DNA of 63,287 nt, filler included, from an uncultured Methanosarcinales archaeon (GCA_964472345.1; 6 parts of 6 records of this genome joined end to end with filler, not necessarily neighbours in it), one strand, 5' to 3'. Positions 1 through 13,255 are shown, counted from the whole stretch's first letter. Numbers and translations are program-made. Notes: a model not told the origin generated them from the sequence alone.

Positions 1-61
1 TGCACCGCGCATTCCGCACAGCCACCCCGGGGTCCGACCCCAATTAGAACCGTTTGGTCCG

Positions 62-1480
62 TCATTGGTGCTTCTTCTGCAGATAGTGCACAACCACAAG
101 CGCTGCGAACACAAGTGCTGTAAGGGTGACAAAGAGCAGCCAGCGGGAATCCGTAGCCCCTTCTGCGCTTGTAGGTTGTTTCTCCGGTTCAGAGGTAGGG
201 GAATGTGGTTGTGGCTCCGCGACGGCAGCGTTCTCAACGCCGATGGCAAAATAACTCAGCCCGGGGCTCACGGACTCGTAGAGATGGATCCCTTCTCCCG
301 CGCCGATGTGAGTGGTCGGCAGCTTGTCCCATCCCAACCGATAGCGGTACAGAGCCACGGCCGATGGTGATGCCGCGTGCTCGCTGACCCAGCGCTCAGG
401 TACTGCAAACTTAACCGTTGCCTGCGCGATGTCCGAATCTGCTGCATTCTCCTTCTTCAGCTCAAGGTACTGGTAAACGATTCCTTGAACATTGGGGATT
501 GCTACTGGCTTCTGCACGAGACTGGCTATTGTCACCTTCAGCCCGCGCAAAGCGTTCCTCGCAGTCACGGAAACTTTTGTTATCGCAATGCCTGGATCAA
601 TGACAGAGATGATCCCTATGCTTCCTGCAGCAATCTCCTCAATCACGCGCGAAACAGAGGAAGATATGATTACCTCTCCGCCCGAGCCGCCGCCACCGCC
701 CGCACCGCCGCCGCCTCCCCCGCCGCCACCGCCTCCCCCGCCGCCACAGTTGGTACAACTGATAGACCCGCTGTCGGTGTCGGTCTTGCTCGCCGTCCCG
801 GTGGGGTTGCTCGTTGCCTCAGCAGATACGGAATACTGGCAGGTGGCGCTTCCCATACTCACGGTCCAAGTGTTGGAGGTCGTTTGTCCATCGGTAAGGC
901 CTTCCGTGCTCTTTGTGGCAGCTTGGTTGCCGATGCTGCAGCCGCCGCTGGTGACAGAGAATGTAAGTGTGATATCAACGCTGCCACCGGCGGTCGCCTG
1001 TCCCGTGACGCTAACCGATGCGCTGGATGCTGCACTGCTCGTCGAGCTGCTTTCGGTGACCACAATATCGATCACGTTCACGGTAACACCGTTATCAGCG
1101 ACAAACGTGTCCGTCACCTGGTCGAGCAGGATGCGCGCAAAGCCATTGACTCCTGCTTTCTTCCCTTTTAGCCCGGTGAATGTAACATCAGACGAAGTGC
1201 CGGAATCGATGTTCGTCGAAACCGTCTTTGCGTAGCTTGAGTCTTCAGTCCAGCTCGCAGCGTCGGGGTACAGCGTGGCGGTGTTCAGCGTTCCCGCAGC
1301 ATCACCGGTGTTCTGCACTGTTGCCGTACAGGAGAACTGCTCGCCGATCTTCACCTCATCCGGGCTGCAGGTGAACGCAGTCACTTCCATGTTGGCTGCT
1401 GCAATTGCCGCGATCCCAAACAGAGGAATGAGAAATACGCCGAACAGAAAAGAAGCCATAATTCTCAGGAAAGCATTCAT
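62..1480 (-). CDS. PGF-pre-PGF domain surface protein (signal peptide, Ig-like domains, poly-Gly linker, C-terminal TM anchor)
   Basis: N-terminal signal MNAFLRIMASFLFGVFLIPLFG; C-terminal domain VYQYLEL...FAVPERWV...VALYRY..GWDKLPTT...SPGLSYFAIG typical of PGF-pre-PGF; TM plus KKHQ tail. Start set at ATG 1480, which overlaps the upstream stop (ATGA) and follows GGGGTG. Confidence 0.8.
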   Translation of the reverse strand: MNAFLRIMASFLFGVFLIPLFGIAAIAAANMEVTAFTCSPDEVKIGEQFSCTATVQNTGDAAGTLNTATLYPDAASWTEDSSYAKTVSTNIDSGTSSDVTFTGLKGKKAGVNGFARILLDQVTDTFVADNGVTVNVIDIVVTESSSTSSAASSASVSVTGQATAGGSVDITLTFSVTSGGCSIGNQAATKSTEGLTDGQTTSNTWTVSMGSATCQYSVSAEATSNPTGTASKTDTDSGSISCTNCGGGGGGGGGGGGGGAGGGGGSGGEVIISSSVSRVIEEIAAGSIGIISVIDPGIAITKVSVTARNALRGLKVTIASLVQKPVAIPNVQGIVYQYLELKKENAADSDIAQATVKFAVPERWVSEHAASPSAVALYRYRLGWDKLPTTHIGAGEGIHLYESVSPGLSYFAIGVENAAVAEPQPHSPTSEPEKQPTSAEGATDSRWLLFVTLTALVFAALVVVHYLQKKHQ

Positions 1481-4400
1481 AAGTAGCCACCCCAAAAGCT
1501 ACGGAGAACGGCGCCACGGGCAGTAAGTGTACTTGGAGGAGTAAGCCGGTCTTCACTGCCTGCTTTAGGGAAAGGCGCCTCTGGAATCAGAGGAAGAAAG
1601 CCGCTTGGCCCGACCCCGCTGCTGGCATTCGCCTGTAACGTGCGGTTGCTGTCGCCCCAGTCATTGTTGCTCACATTATTTGCCTGTGTGCAATAGACAT
1701 TCCAGAGATAGGTGGTGTTCTGGAGGGTGATGGTGAAGTTATGCGTTCCATTTGCAATCAGCGCACTCGTCTTGTTGAGCGCCCAAGTGTTGCTGAAATT
1801 ACCGTAGAGGCTGCAGTTGGCGGTGCTTGGCCCCGCAACTGAGTAATTGAAGTGGACAGAGCTGGTCGTCCGGTTGGCAAGGTTTGCAGGCGCAAGCAGC
1901 GTCACGTTGGTCTGGTTGGAGGTAGAGGTAGAGGAAGTATTCGACACCGTAACGTTGACAAGGATGGTCGTGAAGTTCACCGCATTGTTCCAGTCGACAT
2001 CATAGCAGGTAACTTCGACCGCATAGTGCTGCACGCTCAGGTTGCTGGTGCTGACGATGTAAGAATGGCTGACGCCTCCGGTGACAAGGCCTGTGGAGCC
2101 GAAGCCCCAGGAATAACTTGCGCCTTCAGTCCGGCTCCGGTAGTTCGCATCAACGACTTCAAGGTAATAGCCGGGGCCGCCGAAGAGGGTATTGTTGCAG
2201 GCACCCGGGTTCACGACAGTCGCATTCATACAGCGCGAAGCGTTGAAGGTGTTATAGTTCATCATCTGGAGGCGGCAGTTCGAGGCCTCGGTAGTCGTCC
2301 AGTTCGCGTCGAAGGTGCTCGAATTGGCCGTCGCGTTCAGCTGCGGAGCGAGGATCGTAATCTTCGGTGGTGTCGTGTCCCGGATGGTGACGACACCACC
2401 GGTGATGGTTGCCGTACCGTTCACTCCGCTCACCGTCGCCCGGAGGTACATCGTGCCACGCGTCCAGTTGCCGGTGGGTGGCTGGATGGTAAAGATAGCG
2501 CTTCCGGTGAGCTGCAGAGCTGACGTGTTAATGAGCGAATAGGTGCTGGAAGTATATTGCCTGCAGCTGTCGCTCCAGCAGTTATTCGATGAGAGGGCAT
2601 ACTCTACACCAGTCACATTCACTGTGGTGGTCGTGCTGCTGTTCGTGTCCCGCACATTCAGCCGGATGGTTATGTTTTCGTCGAGGGCAAACGCTGATTT
2701 GAAGCTCCCGCTGGTGTTGACATTATCCCACCAGCCAGTGTAGACTGCAATGCCATTGAAGTTGAAGCCGCTCCAGTCGGTGATGCGTGTCGCGGCGCTG
2801 CTCGGCGAGCTCCATTCGCTCTGGAGATAGTTGTACCCCACTTTCCAGCCGCTGGGTGGGGTGTAGATGGTGAGATTCTGCGTACCATTGACCGTACAGC
2901 TGCGGACGCCGGAGGTGCGTGTATCACATCCCCCGACGGAGAAATTATACTCCTCGAGGATGCTACGCCATGAGTCAAACCTCCACTGGTAGACCTTGCT
3001 GAGGTTGCCCGTAGTTGCGGCACCACTCGTTGCTTTCGTCACGTTCGCTGGCAGGATCACGTTCACAGATGTGAGCACATTGCTCCCTCCGATGATGCCC
3101 CCCCACTTTATTTGGAAGGGTATGGTTTGGAATGATAGCCAGCCATCATCGGAGTTCCCAACCGAATCGCGGACCTGGACAGCCAGATAGTGATAGTTCC
3201 CCCAGCTTCCGACCGGCCACGTGCTGCCTGAGGGGCAGATGGTGACGCTTGTGTTCCCTAAGAAAGTGCCCGAAGGAGTGAAGTTAGTGTACGTGCGCAG
3301 GGTGCTGCCGCTGCTGCTGTAGACGCGCTCCGTGACGCCCGAGATGTTGTAGGTGCCATTCAGCACAGTGTTAACCCGCCAGTCAGGCTCGTAGATGCTC
3401 AGGGTGCCATTGACGCAAGCATCGTCATCGATGGTATATTGGCGTATCTGGATATCGACACGGAACGGTCGGACCTGGAACCACAGCCAGGCGGTTGCCG
3501 TTTCGTTCTGCAGGTTCCCGAGAGTGAGCTCGCCCCAGTAATAGCCGCTGCTCCAGCTCCCGTTCGGCGTGAGGTTGATGGTTCGCGTGCCGTTGATCAC
3601 GCTCCCTCCGCCGAGGATGGTGAGGTTATAGTCGGTAGGATGCCGGAGCTCGACCGTGCGCTGTGTCACCGGGTCCCACCGGCGCAGGACAGAGCTGTCA
3701 ACGGTCACATTCAGGTAATCGGACGTGTTATAGCCTGACGCAAAGTAACCCCCTTTCTGTGTCTTGGTAGCGGTGACATAAAAGTACATGGACTCGTTGT
3801 TCTTGATGCTGTATTTCCAGTTGGTCCCGTTGATGTCGGTCGGGCGCGCTTCAACGTAGAAGGCGACAGTGTTAAACCACCCGCGCCCCGTTTCACTCCC
3901 GTTGACATCGAGGAGGACCTGCCAGTAGCCGGTGTTCCAGCTCGTCGTTCCGGGAGTGAGATTAATGTTCAGCAGATAGGAGGTGTTGGCGCCGCTCCAG
4001 TACCAGCCACTCGATCGCACAACAGTAATGCTTGTAGCATTGTACTTAGAGGCGTTGTAGTCTGAGCACGGCCACTTGCTACAGTCCTGGACTTTCTTCA
4101 CGCTGATAGTCACATTGCTGCCAAGATCCTGCCCAGTCTGACCCCACTGGCCCGCGTTGTTGATAGTGACATAAAGGGTGATGTTGTTCTTCGCGTTGAT
4201 GTTGTAGGTCGAGGAGCACGAGGTCCCGATGCACTCGACGGGCGAGGCGTAGACCTCCCACCGCTTCACGCCGAACCACGCATAGCCATAGTCGACATTA
4301 CCACCATTGTCAATCCCCTTGAGCACTGCTCGATAGTAGCCGGTATCCCAGACGCCGCCAGGCGCATTGGCAGCTGGTAAGGAGATCGTCCCTCTGCCAT

Positions 4401-6866
4401 TGGTAACCTGAGAGGTATTGACAAGGGAAACATTGTATGGATACGCAATCGGGGGCCATATCCACTCGCCATCGCGCCCCTGATACTCGATTTTCTCGAC
4501 GCTGACCGTGCCCGACAGGCCCCCGCTGCCGATACTCCCCCACCAGTTGTTCCCAGCCTCGTACATATATATAGTAAGTGTGATGTTGGTGGTCGGCCTG
4601 TTCTGGTAGGTGGTGCTGTAGGCATAGAGATAAAATGAGCGCGCCTCAAATGCCGTGTGAGCCAGATCCGATGTCTGGCCATCAGCGCTGACCACCCCCA
4701 ATGTCACGCCATAGCCGCCACCATCCCAGTTGCCGACCGGCGTGATAGTGCAGGTATATCCCCCATTGTTGTCATCGACCTGGCAGAATGTTTCACTGCT
4801 GTTCAGCGTGAAGACCTTACCGGTCAGNNNNNNNNNNTAGTGATTGTCGCGTTGTTCACCACCTGCTGTGTTTGGGTGTCAACCGAGCAGGCAGAGCGCA
4901 GCCCGTACTGCGAGGTTGCATTTGATTCCGTCGTGTTGAATGAGGCTGCCCTCCCAAGGGGATTGTCAGCCTGTGTGACTTTCAATTCGAGGTAAATGAC
5001 ATCGCTCGTCTTGAACTGGAAGATGTAGTAGGACTGCCCGCTGGTGACCTGCCCGGCAGTGCTCTTTGGGACAACACAGACATCATAAGGATTGATGATA
5101 AAGCGCGTTGAGGTTGCTGCCGTCCCGTTCTGCCCGGTGAGGTGGACAGTGTAAACGCCGCCGGCCTTCGGTGTATCGAGCTTGATGCGCTGCAGCGTGC
5201 TGTTCCAGGCCCATTCCAGCGCGCTATTCGATGTGTTGACTAGCTCGAATGTTGCCTGCTCAGTGTAGTTGGACTCTGTTCCGTTCATAAAAACAACGGA
5301 GACGACGCCAGCGCTGCTGAGATTGATGGTGTCAGTCGCGTTTTTCGCGCTGAGGCTGAGGTAGACAAACTCATTGGTTCCGAAGAGCTCCTTCAGCGAG
5401 CCATCTTTATCGGTCGACTGCGCGAACATCGAGGCAGTGACAACACGTACCCTTCTCCGAAAATGCTGGGCATCATTGTTATGCGAAACGATGACCGAAA
5501 CTGAGTAGTCGCCGGCAGTCATCGGCAGGGTAAGATTAAACTGGTAGCAGCCGCTGCGGCATGTCGCATTGAACGTCGCGTTCGCCACGCTAAGCTGATT
5601 ATTGAACGAGTCAGTAAGGGAGATATTGATCGAGCTTATATTGATGTCCCGCGCCGCCGAGCCATTTGCGCGCCACATGGGGAGGATGTCGTACCAGGTT
5701 AGGCTCCCCGGATATGCACTGTATTCGTACGCAAAACCGGAGCCGGTTGCGCGCTTTTCAAAGTAGAGATTCCAGCTCCGGACCTGGAAGGAGGTGGTCG
5801 ACCGCACGATGCCGCCGGCGCTCCTAGTGACATTGACGTAAACCGCATAGGTCCCTGCGGGGAAATGTACACCATCGAGCGTCGTGGTGAAGCGGTTCGT
5901 GAATGAGTTGCTGGAGTTGAGCGTCGTAGAGGTGATATTCAGCACCACTGTGTTGACGCTGTTCCTCACCACACCGTCGAACGTGTAAACATCGCTCTGG
6001 TTGCTCGTAACGGCTCCTACCTCGATCGACGCCTGCTCTCCCTCATCGAAGATGTGCTTGATAGCGGTGCCGAACTCGTCCTTCATCTCAAGGTTTATGG
6101 TGAACGGAACGACCTCAAAAGTGCTGAACGCTTTGAAGTTTTCCAGCTCGAGATAGTAGGAGCCAACGCTACTTGGTGCAGTCGTTGCCACCGTGCACTT
6201 GCCTGTACTGCCGGTCGTGCAGTTGAACGAGCTCAGGATTGTCTTGTCCACATCGCGGATCGTGCCATTGGAAGAGATGTTCTCAACATAGACTATGCGG
6301 TCGCCCACGTCACGGAGGGCTTCAATAAGGATGATGAGCGGTGCTCCTGCGTTGTAGACCAGCTTGTCCGAGCTGAGGAACAGGCGATCGACTGTCTGGT
6401 TGACAACGTGGACCTCGACCTGCGTGAACCAGGTGACATTCGCCGGGTCAGTATAGTTTGCACGTAGGTAATAATCGCCAACTGTTGCAGGAGCGGAGAT
6501 CAGCGGCGCGGTGGAGAAAAAGTCGCTCCGCGAATAGAACTGCCCAGTTGAGGAGGTGTTCAGCGCATTTGAAGATGCAAGATTTCCGGTTGTTTTGTTG
6601 ATAAGAGAGATGTTGACCGTTGCGTTAAAGACAGGAGTGCGGTTTGTGATAATGCTCCCATTGCTGCTGTAATTCGAAAGGGTGAGCGTGCCCTGCAGCT
6701 CGATCCGTTCGTTGGTGGTATAAATTGTCTGGGAAGTGACGAAGCTCAGATCTGCGACGTAGGTTTCCGCAAGCGCCACAGCGGTGAGGACGATACTGGC
6801 CAGCAGGCCGAGGCTAATGAGGATACCCCCTCGCCGTTCCAGCCAACTACGAACCCCATCTGCCAT
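1477..6866 (-). CDS. Giant (~1800 aa) secreted glycoprotein with tandem macroglobulin-like/Ig-like domains, interrupted by a 10-N scaffold gap at 4828-4837
   Basis: ORFs 4824..6866 and 1477..4707 are both open up to the gap (LTGKVFTLNSSETFCQVDD... continues upstream of 4707). N-terminal hydrophobic signal, MG2-like motif LFLSSDKLVYNAGAPLII and many N-x-S/T sequons. Confidence 0.7.
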
Positions 6867-6931
6867 AGACTAGCCAAGATTTTATGACCGTTGATACTTT
6901 TCTCTCGCACTATGCGGATGAGATAGAGGTC

Positions 6932-9900
6932 TCAGCGCCGTCGTGATCGGACACGTTTCCGCTCAATGTGGATGATATAGAGCACGATTGCGAGGATGGC
7001 GACAGCGACGATAACCCAGGTGAATGTTGTGCGATCTGCTTCCGCAGGCAGGAAGAGCTCATCAGTGAGTGGGGGTGTTGCCTCGGGCGATGGTGACGCA
7101 GCCCCGGGCGCCTCGTCGGAAACAGGAGCTGCCTCAGCCGCAGGTTTTGGGGGAGCTTTTGCAGCGACCGCAAACGCGCTGAACCCAGGCGTGCGGGCGG
7201 AATAAATGACATCGAACACGCCGGACCGGACTTTTGTCGTGGGAAGCTCCTGCCAGGCGCCGCTCGTCCAGCGCAGCAGCACGACGGCGTCTTCCGAAAC
7301 GCTGTTGGTGGAGAACCACCTCTGCGGAACAGCAAACTGGATATTGATGTTGGAGACGTCTGCATCGACGAGCTTGCTCTTGGCGATGGAAAGGTGCTTG
7401 TACACCGCCGCATATTGATCCTTCGTGAGTGCAGCAGTCCCCTCTGGCTGCTTGGTGAGCGATGAGACAGTGATTGAGGGCTGCGTAAGCTCACGGAGCG
7501 CCGTGAAACTGATCTGCGTGACAGGGATGAGCGAATTGGTGATGGGATAGCTCGATGCGCCGGGCGGGAGGACATTCCAGGTGTTCGTCGCGCTGGCCTG
7601 AACCGTATCGGCGCCGCCGCTTGCTGCGGTGCCGCCTCCGCCGCCGCCTCCGCTGCCCCCTCCTCCACCAGACGGCGGACTATCTGAGGTCGTCGAAACG
7701 GATTTGTAGGTCGAGAACCCGAGCCCGACAGAGATGGGGATGGTGCAGGTTGTTGTCGTCGAGGTGAACGTGCAGCTTGCGATGCCGGTGACATTCTGGC
7801 AGTTCGTGCCATCATCGTTGCAGTGCTGTACCTGATCGCCTTGGGAGGATGAGGGGATGGTGACGATGACCATGTCGACGCCCGCGCGCTGCAGGAAGCT
7901 CTGGAAGAGGTTTGAATCCATCCCGACGAGGCTCGAGCCGACGACAAAGAGGGAGAGGTTGAGCGTTTGTGCCTCAAAGATGCTGACACCGACGAACATG
8001 ATTGCGGCGGTGCTGTTGGTGGAATTCATGGTGATATTGATGTTGTGGAGCCGGTCGCTCGACGCCCGCAGCGCATAGCTGCTGTTGTAATTGGTGAGGT
8101 TGATTGAGGGGATATCGACAGCCCAGCCGCTCGGGATGTCGAGCCGGAAGGTGATGTTCGAAGCGGAGAGCGAGGTCGTCGCATTGCTGCACGAGCTCAG
8201 GCCGCAGTTGCCGCTCGGATCGCAGACATTGAGCTTGTAGAAGTAAGTCGTATTCCTCACGAGCCCGGTGACATCGACCTCATGGTGGACACGATAGTTG
8301 GTGGATAAGAGGCCGTCGGTGAGCGCTTTGTCTTTGAAGGTCGCATTCAGGCTTGAGCAGGTCGTGTCGTTGTTGTAGAACCTCGCCGTGCCGTTCGACG
8401 GCTCATTCGTGTCGAAGATGATGGTCAGCTCGGTGGGGATCTTCTTGTTGATCTTCGTCCAGACGATGGTGGGGGCGGTGGTGTCGCCTTCGACCGCGCT
8501 GAAGCTGCCAGAGCAGAAGTAGGGGTCATACTTGCAGTCGAAGTCGTTGCAGTCGGTCAGCCCGTCAGCGTCATTGTCCTTGCCGTCTCCGCACGCGGGG
8601 CCGAACTCGCCCGGGAAGAATCCGAACTGGGTGAATGTCGAGCATGAGGAGCTGCTGGAGCCTGAGGTGCTCGTGCAGTCGACCAGTTGCATGTCAATGC
8701 CCTGGAAGTTCGCGGTTCCTGGTCCGATGCGATCAGAGACATTGGAGGCGTTCCCCTGTGCCGAGGCGCTCGTCGCATACGCCCGCCAGGAAGCGCTCGT
8801 GTTGACGTTGGGTTTGCTCGAAAAGCCCTCCTTCCCGATCGCAAACATGGGCCCGTCGACAAAGCTGCAGCTGATGGTCCGATCGACCCGGAAACTGACG
8901 CTCGATGAGACCCACTGTCCGTTCGTGCACTGCTGCGTCAAAAGTGTCTCCGCAAACCTGTTGTCGCTGCTGATCTCCGCAACGTACTTGAACAGGTATT
9001 CGAAGCCGGAGAGGGATGAGTTGTCGAGCGGTGAGCAGCCGCCGGTTGTCGAGCCGTTCGTATCAAGATAGAGATAGTACCGCGAAAGGTTGTTGCCGGC
9101 GCCGATCGACTGCCCTTCATGGAGGGGGACGCCGCCGCACACTGCGGAATAGTTCATGCCCACCGTGGGCATCCCGTACGCAAACGCCTCCGGCGTCTTC
9201 TTCATGCCAAGACCGATGAAATCTAGGTAATCGGCGCCTGACGGCGTCACGTCGCCGCTCGCATCGGCGGCAACGGGGAGCGGCTCATCATGATCGATGC
9301 CTTGGAAGAACGACTGTGAGAATGTGTCATCGCAGAAGCCTGGCGCGGTCAGGACGCGCGTGGCATTTGTCCCGTCGTTGGCGGTCGCGTTTTCCGGAAT
9401 CTGCTCGCTGAGGTTGCCGTTCACGACGACGGTCGAGGTGTTGGTCACGTTCGTGACATTCGCGTTGCCCTCAATGGTGTCAGACCAAGGAGCTATCGGA
9501 AAAGGTACTTCCCAGAGCGCCTCGATGGCCTTTGTCTTGTTGCTGAGATAGTAATGCACGGTCGCCCCGTCGCACGTCGTCGTGTTATAGACATTGCAGC
9601 CCCCCACAGTGCAGGAATCATTCTGGTTTGTTGCAGACCAATTGTACTGGACACGCAGGGTGGTGTTGCAGTAGAGCCGGGTGACATTGAACGCGCGCAC
9701 GGGGGTATTCTCGGTGCCTTTCGCCTGCACAAGCTCAAGGAACGCCCCCGTGCTCCTGTTGAGGAGATAGGAGGACTCATTCTTCGCACCGACGCCAAGG
9801 CCGGTGGGGTGCTGCAGCCCGATCGCAACCCACGTTGCCTGCGGGAAGCGCATATCGCTGAAGCTCACCGAGCCATTGGGATGGTGGAGCGGTCCGTTGA

Positions 9901-11982
9901 AGTCAGTAGACCACCGGCAGTTGCTGTTCGCGCGGCACGCGCTGATGTCCCCGTCGTTCTGGATGCAGCCTCCGATGAAGTTCTTCGATTCGCAGTGCCC
10001 CTCAAACCACACGCAGGTCTGATTGTAGAATGGCGTTGCGTTCCTCGTCGCGTTGTTGCACTGGGTTTGGGCGGTGATGTCGCGGTCGATGCAGGGGCTC
10101 ACGCAATTGTCGGCCCCGAAACCTTCAAAGCCGAAGCCGAACTGGTTGCCCTGCCACCGGCACCCCTCGGCGACGCCCCCGCTCTGGTTGAACTGCAGTG
10201 TCTCGTTGTCTTCGCAGACGACAATGCTCTGCACGTCGCAGAAGCCGAATGGCGACCACTTGCACCCCGCGATGCCATTGCAGTCAGTCGCATTCCTTTT
10301 GGCCCCGCAGTCGCCGAAGAGCGTTTCGTTCTCATGGCAGGTGCCCTCGGCGACATAGGCGCAGACGTTGCCGCCGCCGACGTTCGCGCAGCCCGCAGGA
10401 TCGTTGAAAAGGCTCTCATTGATCCAGCAGAGCTCTGACAGCGGCGCGCAGTAGGAGAAATTGAACACTTCCGTGATCCACGTGCAGCCCGTCGCATTCG
10501 TGCAGTTCCCCTGCGCCTGCGGGATGCCGCCGTAGGTGAACTCATCGTACTGGAAGCAGTTGTTCGTGTCGAAGCCGCCGAAGCCGCCGCAGAACGGATC
10601 CGCCCCGCACTTGAAATCGTCACAGTCGGTATCGCCATTGTTGTCATTGTCGACGCCGTCGAAGCAGATTTCAAACTTCCCCGACTTGGGTTTGCAGAGG
10701 TAAAGGTCGCTGTCCCAGGTGCAGCCGCCCGACGCAGGTGAAGCTGAGCAGCTCGAATTGTCATCGCACTGGAAGCAGTCCTGCTGGCACGTCTTCGCGC
10801 CCGAGCCGAAACAGGAGCGCGTCACATTGTCCCATCGGCAGTCCGCGGTCGAGTTAAGGCAGGACGATTGGGGATTTGGTAGGAGGTTGCAGTCGCCGCA
10901 GAAGCTGTCGCAGCTGAAGCCTCCGCCTCCGAACGTCGACTTACACCACCCGAACCCGTTGAATGCGTTGGTGTCATTTTGGTAAAAGCAGCCCGCGGGG
11001 GAGTTCTCGCACTGCTGCCGGAAAATGGTTGAGTTCGGCCATCTCCCGCCCGTTGAGTTGAACTCGCACGCAAAGCAGTTGCGGCTGCAGTCGCTTAAGC
11101 TGCCGGTGCTGCCGCGGAAATCGCCGCCGCCTCCTCCGACTTCGGAGAACGTCCTGATGGGGCCGCCGAACTCACACCAGCTCTGGGTGCTGAGCGAGTT
11201 CGAAAGCGGGTCAAACGCCGTCTCAGAGCGCCAGATGCCTCCCATGACCTGGCAGGTTGACTCGCTGCTGATGTCCTCAAAATCCTCAAACTGCCCAAAA
11301 TCAAATGCGCCGGCGGAGCAGCGCCCCGTGCTTTCATTCCACGTGCAGGGCATGAAGAACTGCTGGATGAGGATGTTGCAGTTGCTCTGATTGGTGACAT
11401 AGCCTGGCGCTTCACAGCTGAAAACCGGAGGCAAGGCGACATTGCCAGAGGTCTTCGACCTGTTGATGAGGCAGACGGCATTGCTGCTGTTCCATGTGCA
11501 GAGCCCCGTTTTCTGGGTGGATGACTGGTTGGTGCAGAACGAATGGTTCAGGATGGCGCTGCAGTTGAATCCGTCCTGATGGTTGAGGAGCGGCCCAGGG
11601 GTGCAGAGTCCTTGAGCGCCCTGCGACACGTTCCAGGTGCAGTAGCTGCTGTTGAGCAGATCGCACGCATAGCGCGGCAGCAGCTCGCAGTCCGCAGGCG
11701 GAAAATCGGAGTTGTACTCACCCTCATCCTCCTCGATGCAGAGGCCTGATTCACTCCAATGGCACCTGTTCTCGTAATCCTGGACACAGGCAGAGAGATT
11801 GGTGTTGTTCGCGCAGGCGCCGAGCGCCCCGAAGGTGTTGTTGCCGTGCAGGTGACCGACAGACTGGTTGTTGAAGAAGAAAGCGAACGTCGCATTAGGC
11901 GTCGTGTTGCTGCTGAGGAAGACGGAGCGGACAAAAACAGCCCCATAGAACACGTGGCCGCTCCCGTTCAGGAAGCGCACGC
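6932..11982 (-). CDS. Large Cys-rich surface protein with Asp-rich metal-binding motifs, an FN3-like domain, PGF-pre-PGF and a TM anchor (5' truncated by contig end)
   Basis: Repeated C..C.W...C modules; EICFDGVDNDNNGDTDCDDFKC and CGDGKDNDADGLTDCNDFDC; HHEVDVTGLVRNTTYFYKLNVCDPSGN (FN3-like); TPGFSAFAV; TM plus RKRVRSRRR. Confidence 0.8.
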
Positions 11983-12082
11983 NNNNNNNNNNNNNNNNNN
12001 NNNNNNNNNNNNNNNNNNNNNNNNNNTTAATTAATTAANNNNNNNNNNNNNNNNNNNNNNNNNNNNNNNNNNNNNNNNNNNN
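11983..12082. other. Artificial contig linker (N44-TTAATTAATTAA-N44)
   Basis: Six-frame stop spacer flanked by Ns; identical linkers at 23860-23959, 35561-35660, 46699-46798 and 57067-57166. Confidence 0.97.
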
Positions 12083-13172
12083 GAGCACCCTGCTGGTCGC
12101 GCACCTGCCCGGTGAGCGTCGCCTGCGGAAGGGAGGCGAGAGTGAGCGTGAGCACCTGGATGGGAGCGCTCGTGTCGATGCGGACGGAGCGCGTCGCTGT
12201 CTCGAACCCGGGCTTGTCTGCCTGCACGAGGTAATTGCCGAATGGCACTCGGTCCGCCTGGCAGGCCCCCTGCGCGGCCGGCAGCGACTGTGCGAGGGTC
12301 TGGCCACTGATGGTGATGCGGGCGCCTGCAACCTGCTGGCCGCTGCCGGAGAGGACCGTTCCCCTGAGCGTCCCGGTGGCTGCGGGTATGAGCGCAAGAT
12401 TGACTGTCTTCTGCTCGTCGGCAGCGAGCGTGAGCTGCGCCTGCGCCGCTTCGAAACCGTCTTTTGCCGCCAGAAGCGTGAGCGTCCCAACGGGAAGGTT
12501 GTTGAGCAGGTAGGAGCCTGCGGCATCGGTGAGGTTAGCGACTCCGAGAGCGCTGATGGTGACACCTGCGAGCGGTTCGCCGCCTGACGTGACCTGCCCC
12601 CCCACCGAGCCCCGCAATGAGGTGAACGTGCTGCAGAGATTGGTGCACTGCGTGCTGCTGATGGTTGTGTCGAACAGGCCGACGCGGTAGCCGATGAGCC
12701 GGCTGCAGCTTGCGGAGCATTCCTGCTGGTTGACGCCGGCTTCACAGACATTGTCCGCAGCACTTGCGGGATCCTTGTCGCAGATGCAGCAGCCGGGCTG
12801 GCACTGCGAGGGGGTTGCGGTCTGGTTGAGCCAGGCGGCGCGGCTGGAGCACTGCGCCTGCATGTCAACCCGCTGGCAGGTGTCGCCGCACCACGTTCCC
12901 GGGCTGAAGGCACAGATGGAAACGGCAGCGCAGGAAACACCCTCGAGGAAATAGGTCGCGAGGCATGCCTGCGGGTTTGCGGTGGCGCTGCAGAACGATT
13001 CTGCGCTCGCCTTGTCAATGGATGTGCAAATGGAGGGGAAGCTCGGCTCGGTGAAGCAGCCGGTCGCTGCGCTCACGGGCTGCACGCTGCCGAGCAGGCT
13101 ACTAAGCAGAACAAGCGTACCAAGCAGCGCCCTGCGTGCGGCCAGCCCTCTTTTTTCCATATTCCATTTCAT
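12083..13172 (-). CDS. Secreted protein with a Cys-rich N-terminus and carboxypeptidase-regulatory-like (prealbumin-fold) repeats, 3' truncated
   Basis: Signal peptide; GSVGGQVTSGGEPLAGVTI...TDAAGSYLLNNLPVGTLTLLAAKDGFE repeats. Confidence 0.75.
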
Positions 13173-13255
13173 GGAGCGTTGCTGACTATTTAAATATGTG
13201 GGGTGGGAGTTTGAGCTTCATTTTCAATCTATTTTTCATTCTCTATGACCTGCCA

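Noticed and set aside
1..65. Start of a further minus-strand gene (ATG at 65 overlapping the stop at 62-64)
   Set aside because: Only about 21 codons are visible, too little to support a call.
677..750. GC-rich ccg/cca triplet repeats (also about 7610-7680 and 18915-18945) as CRISPR or satellite DNA
   Set aside because: They encode poly-Gly linkers of surface proteins. There is no repeat-spacer pattern and no cas gene in the window.
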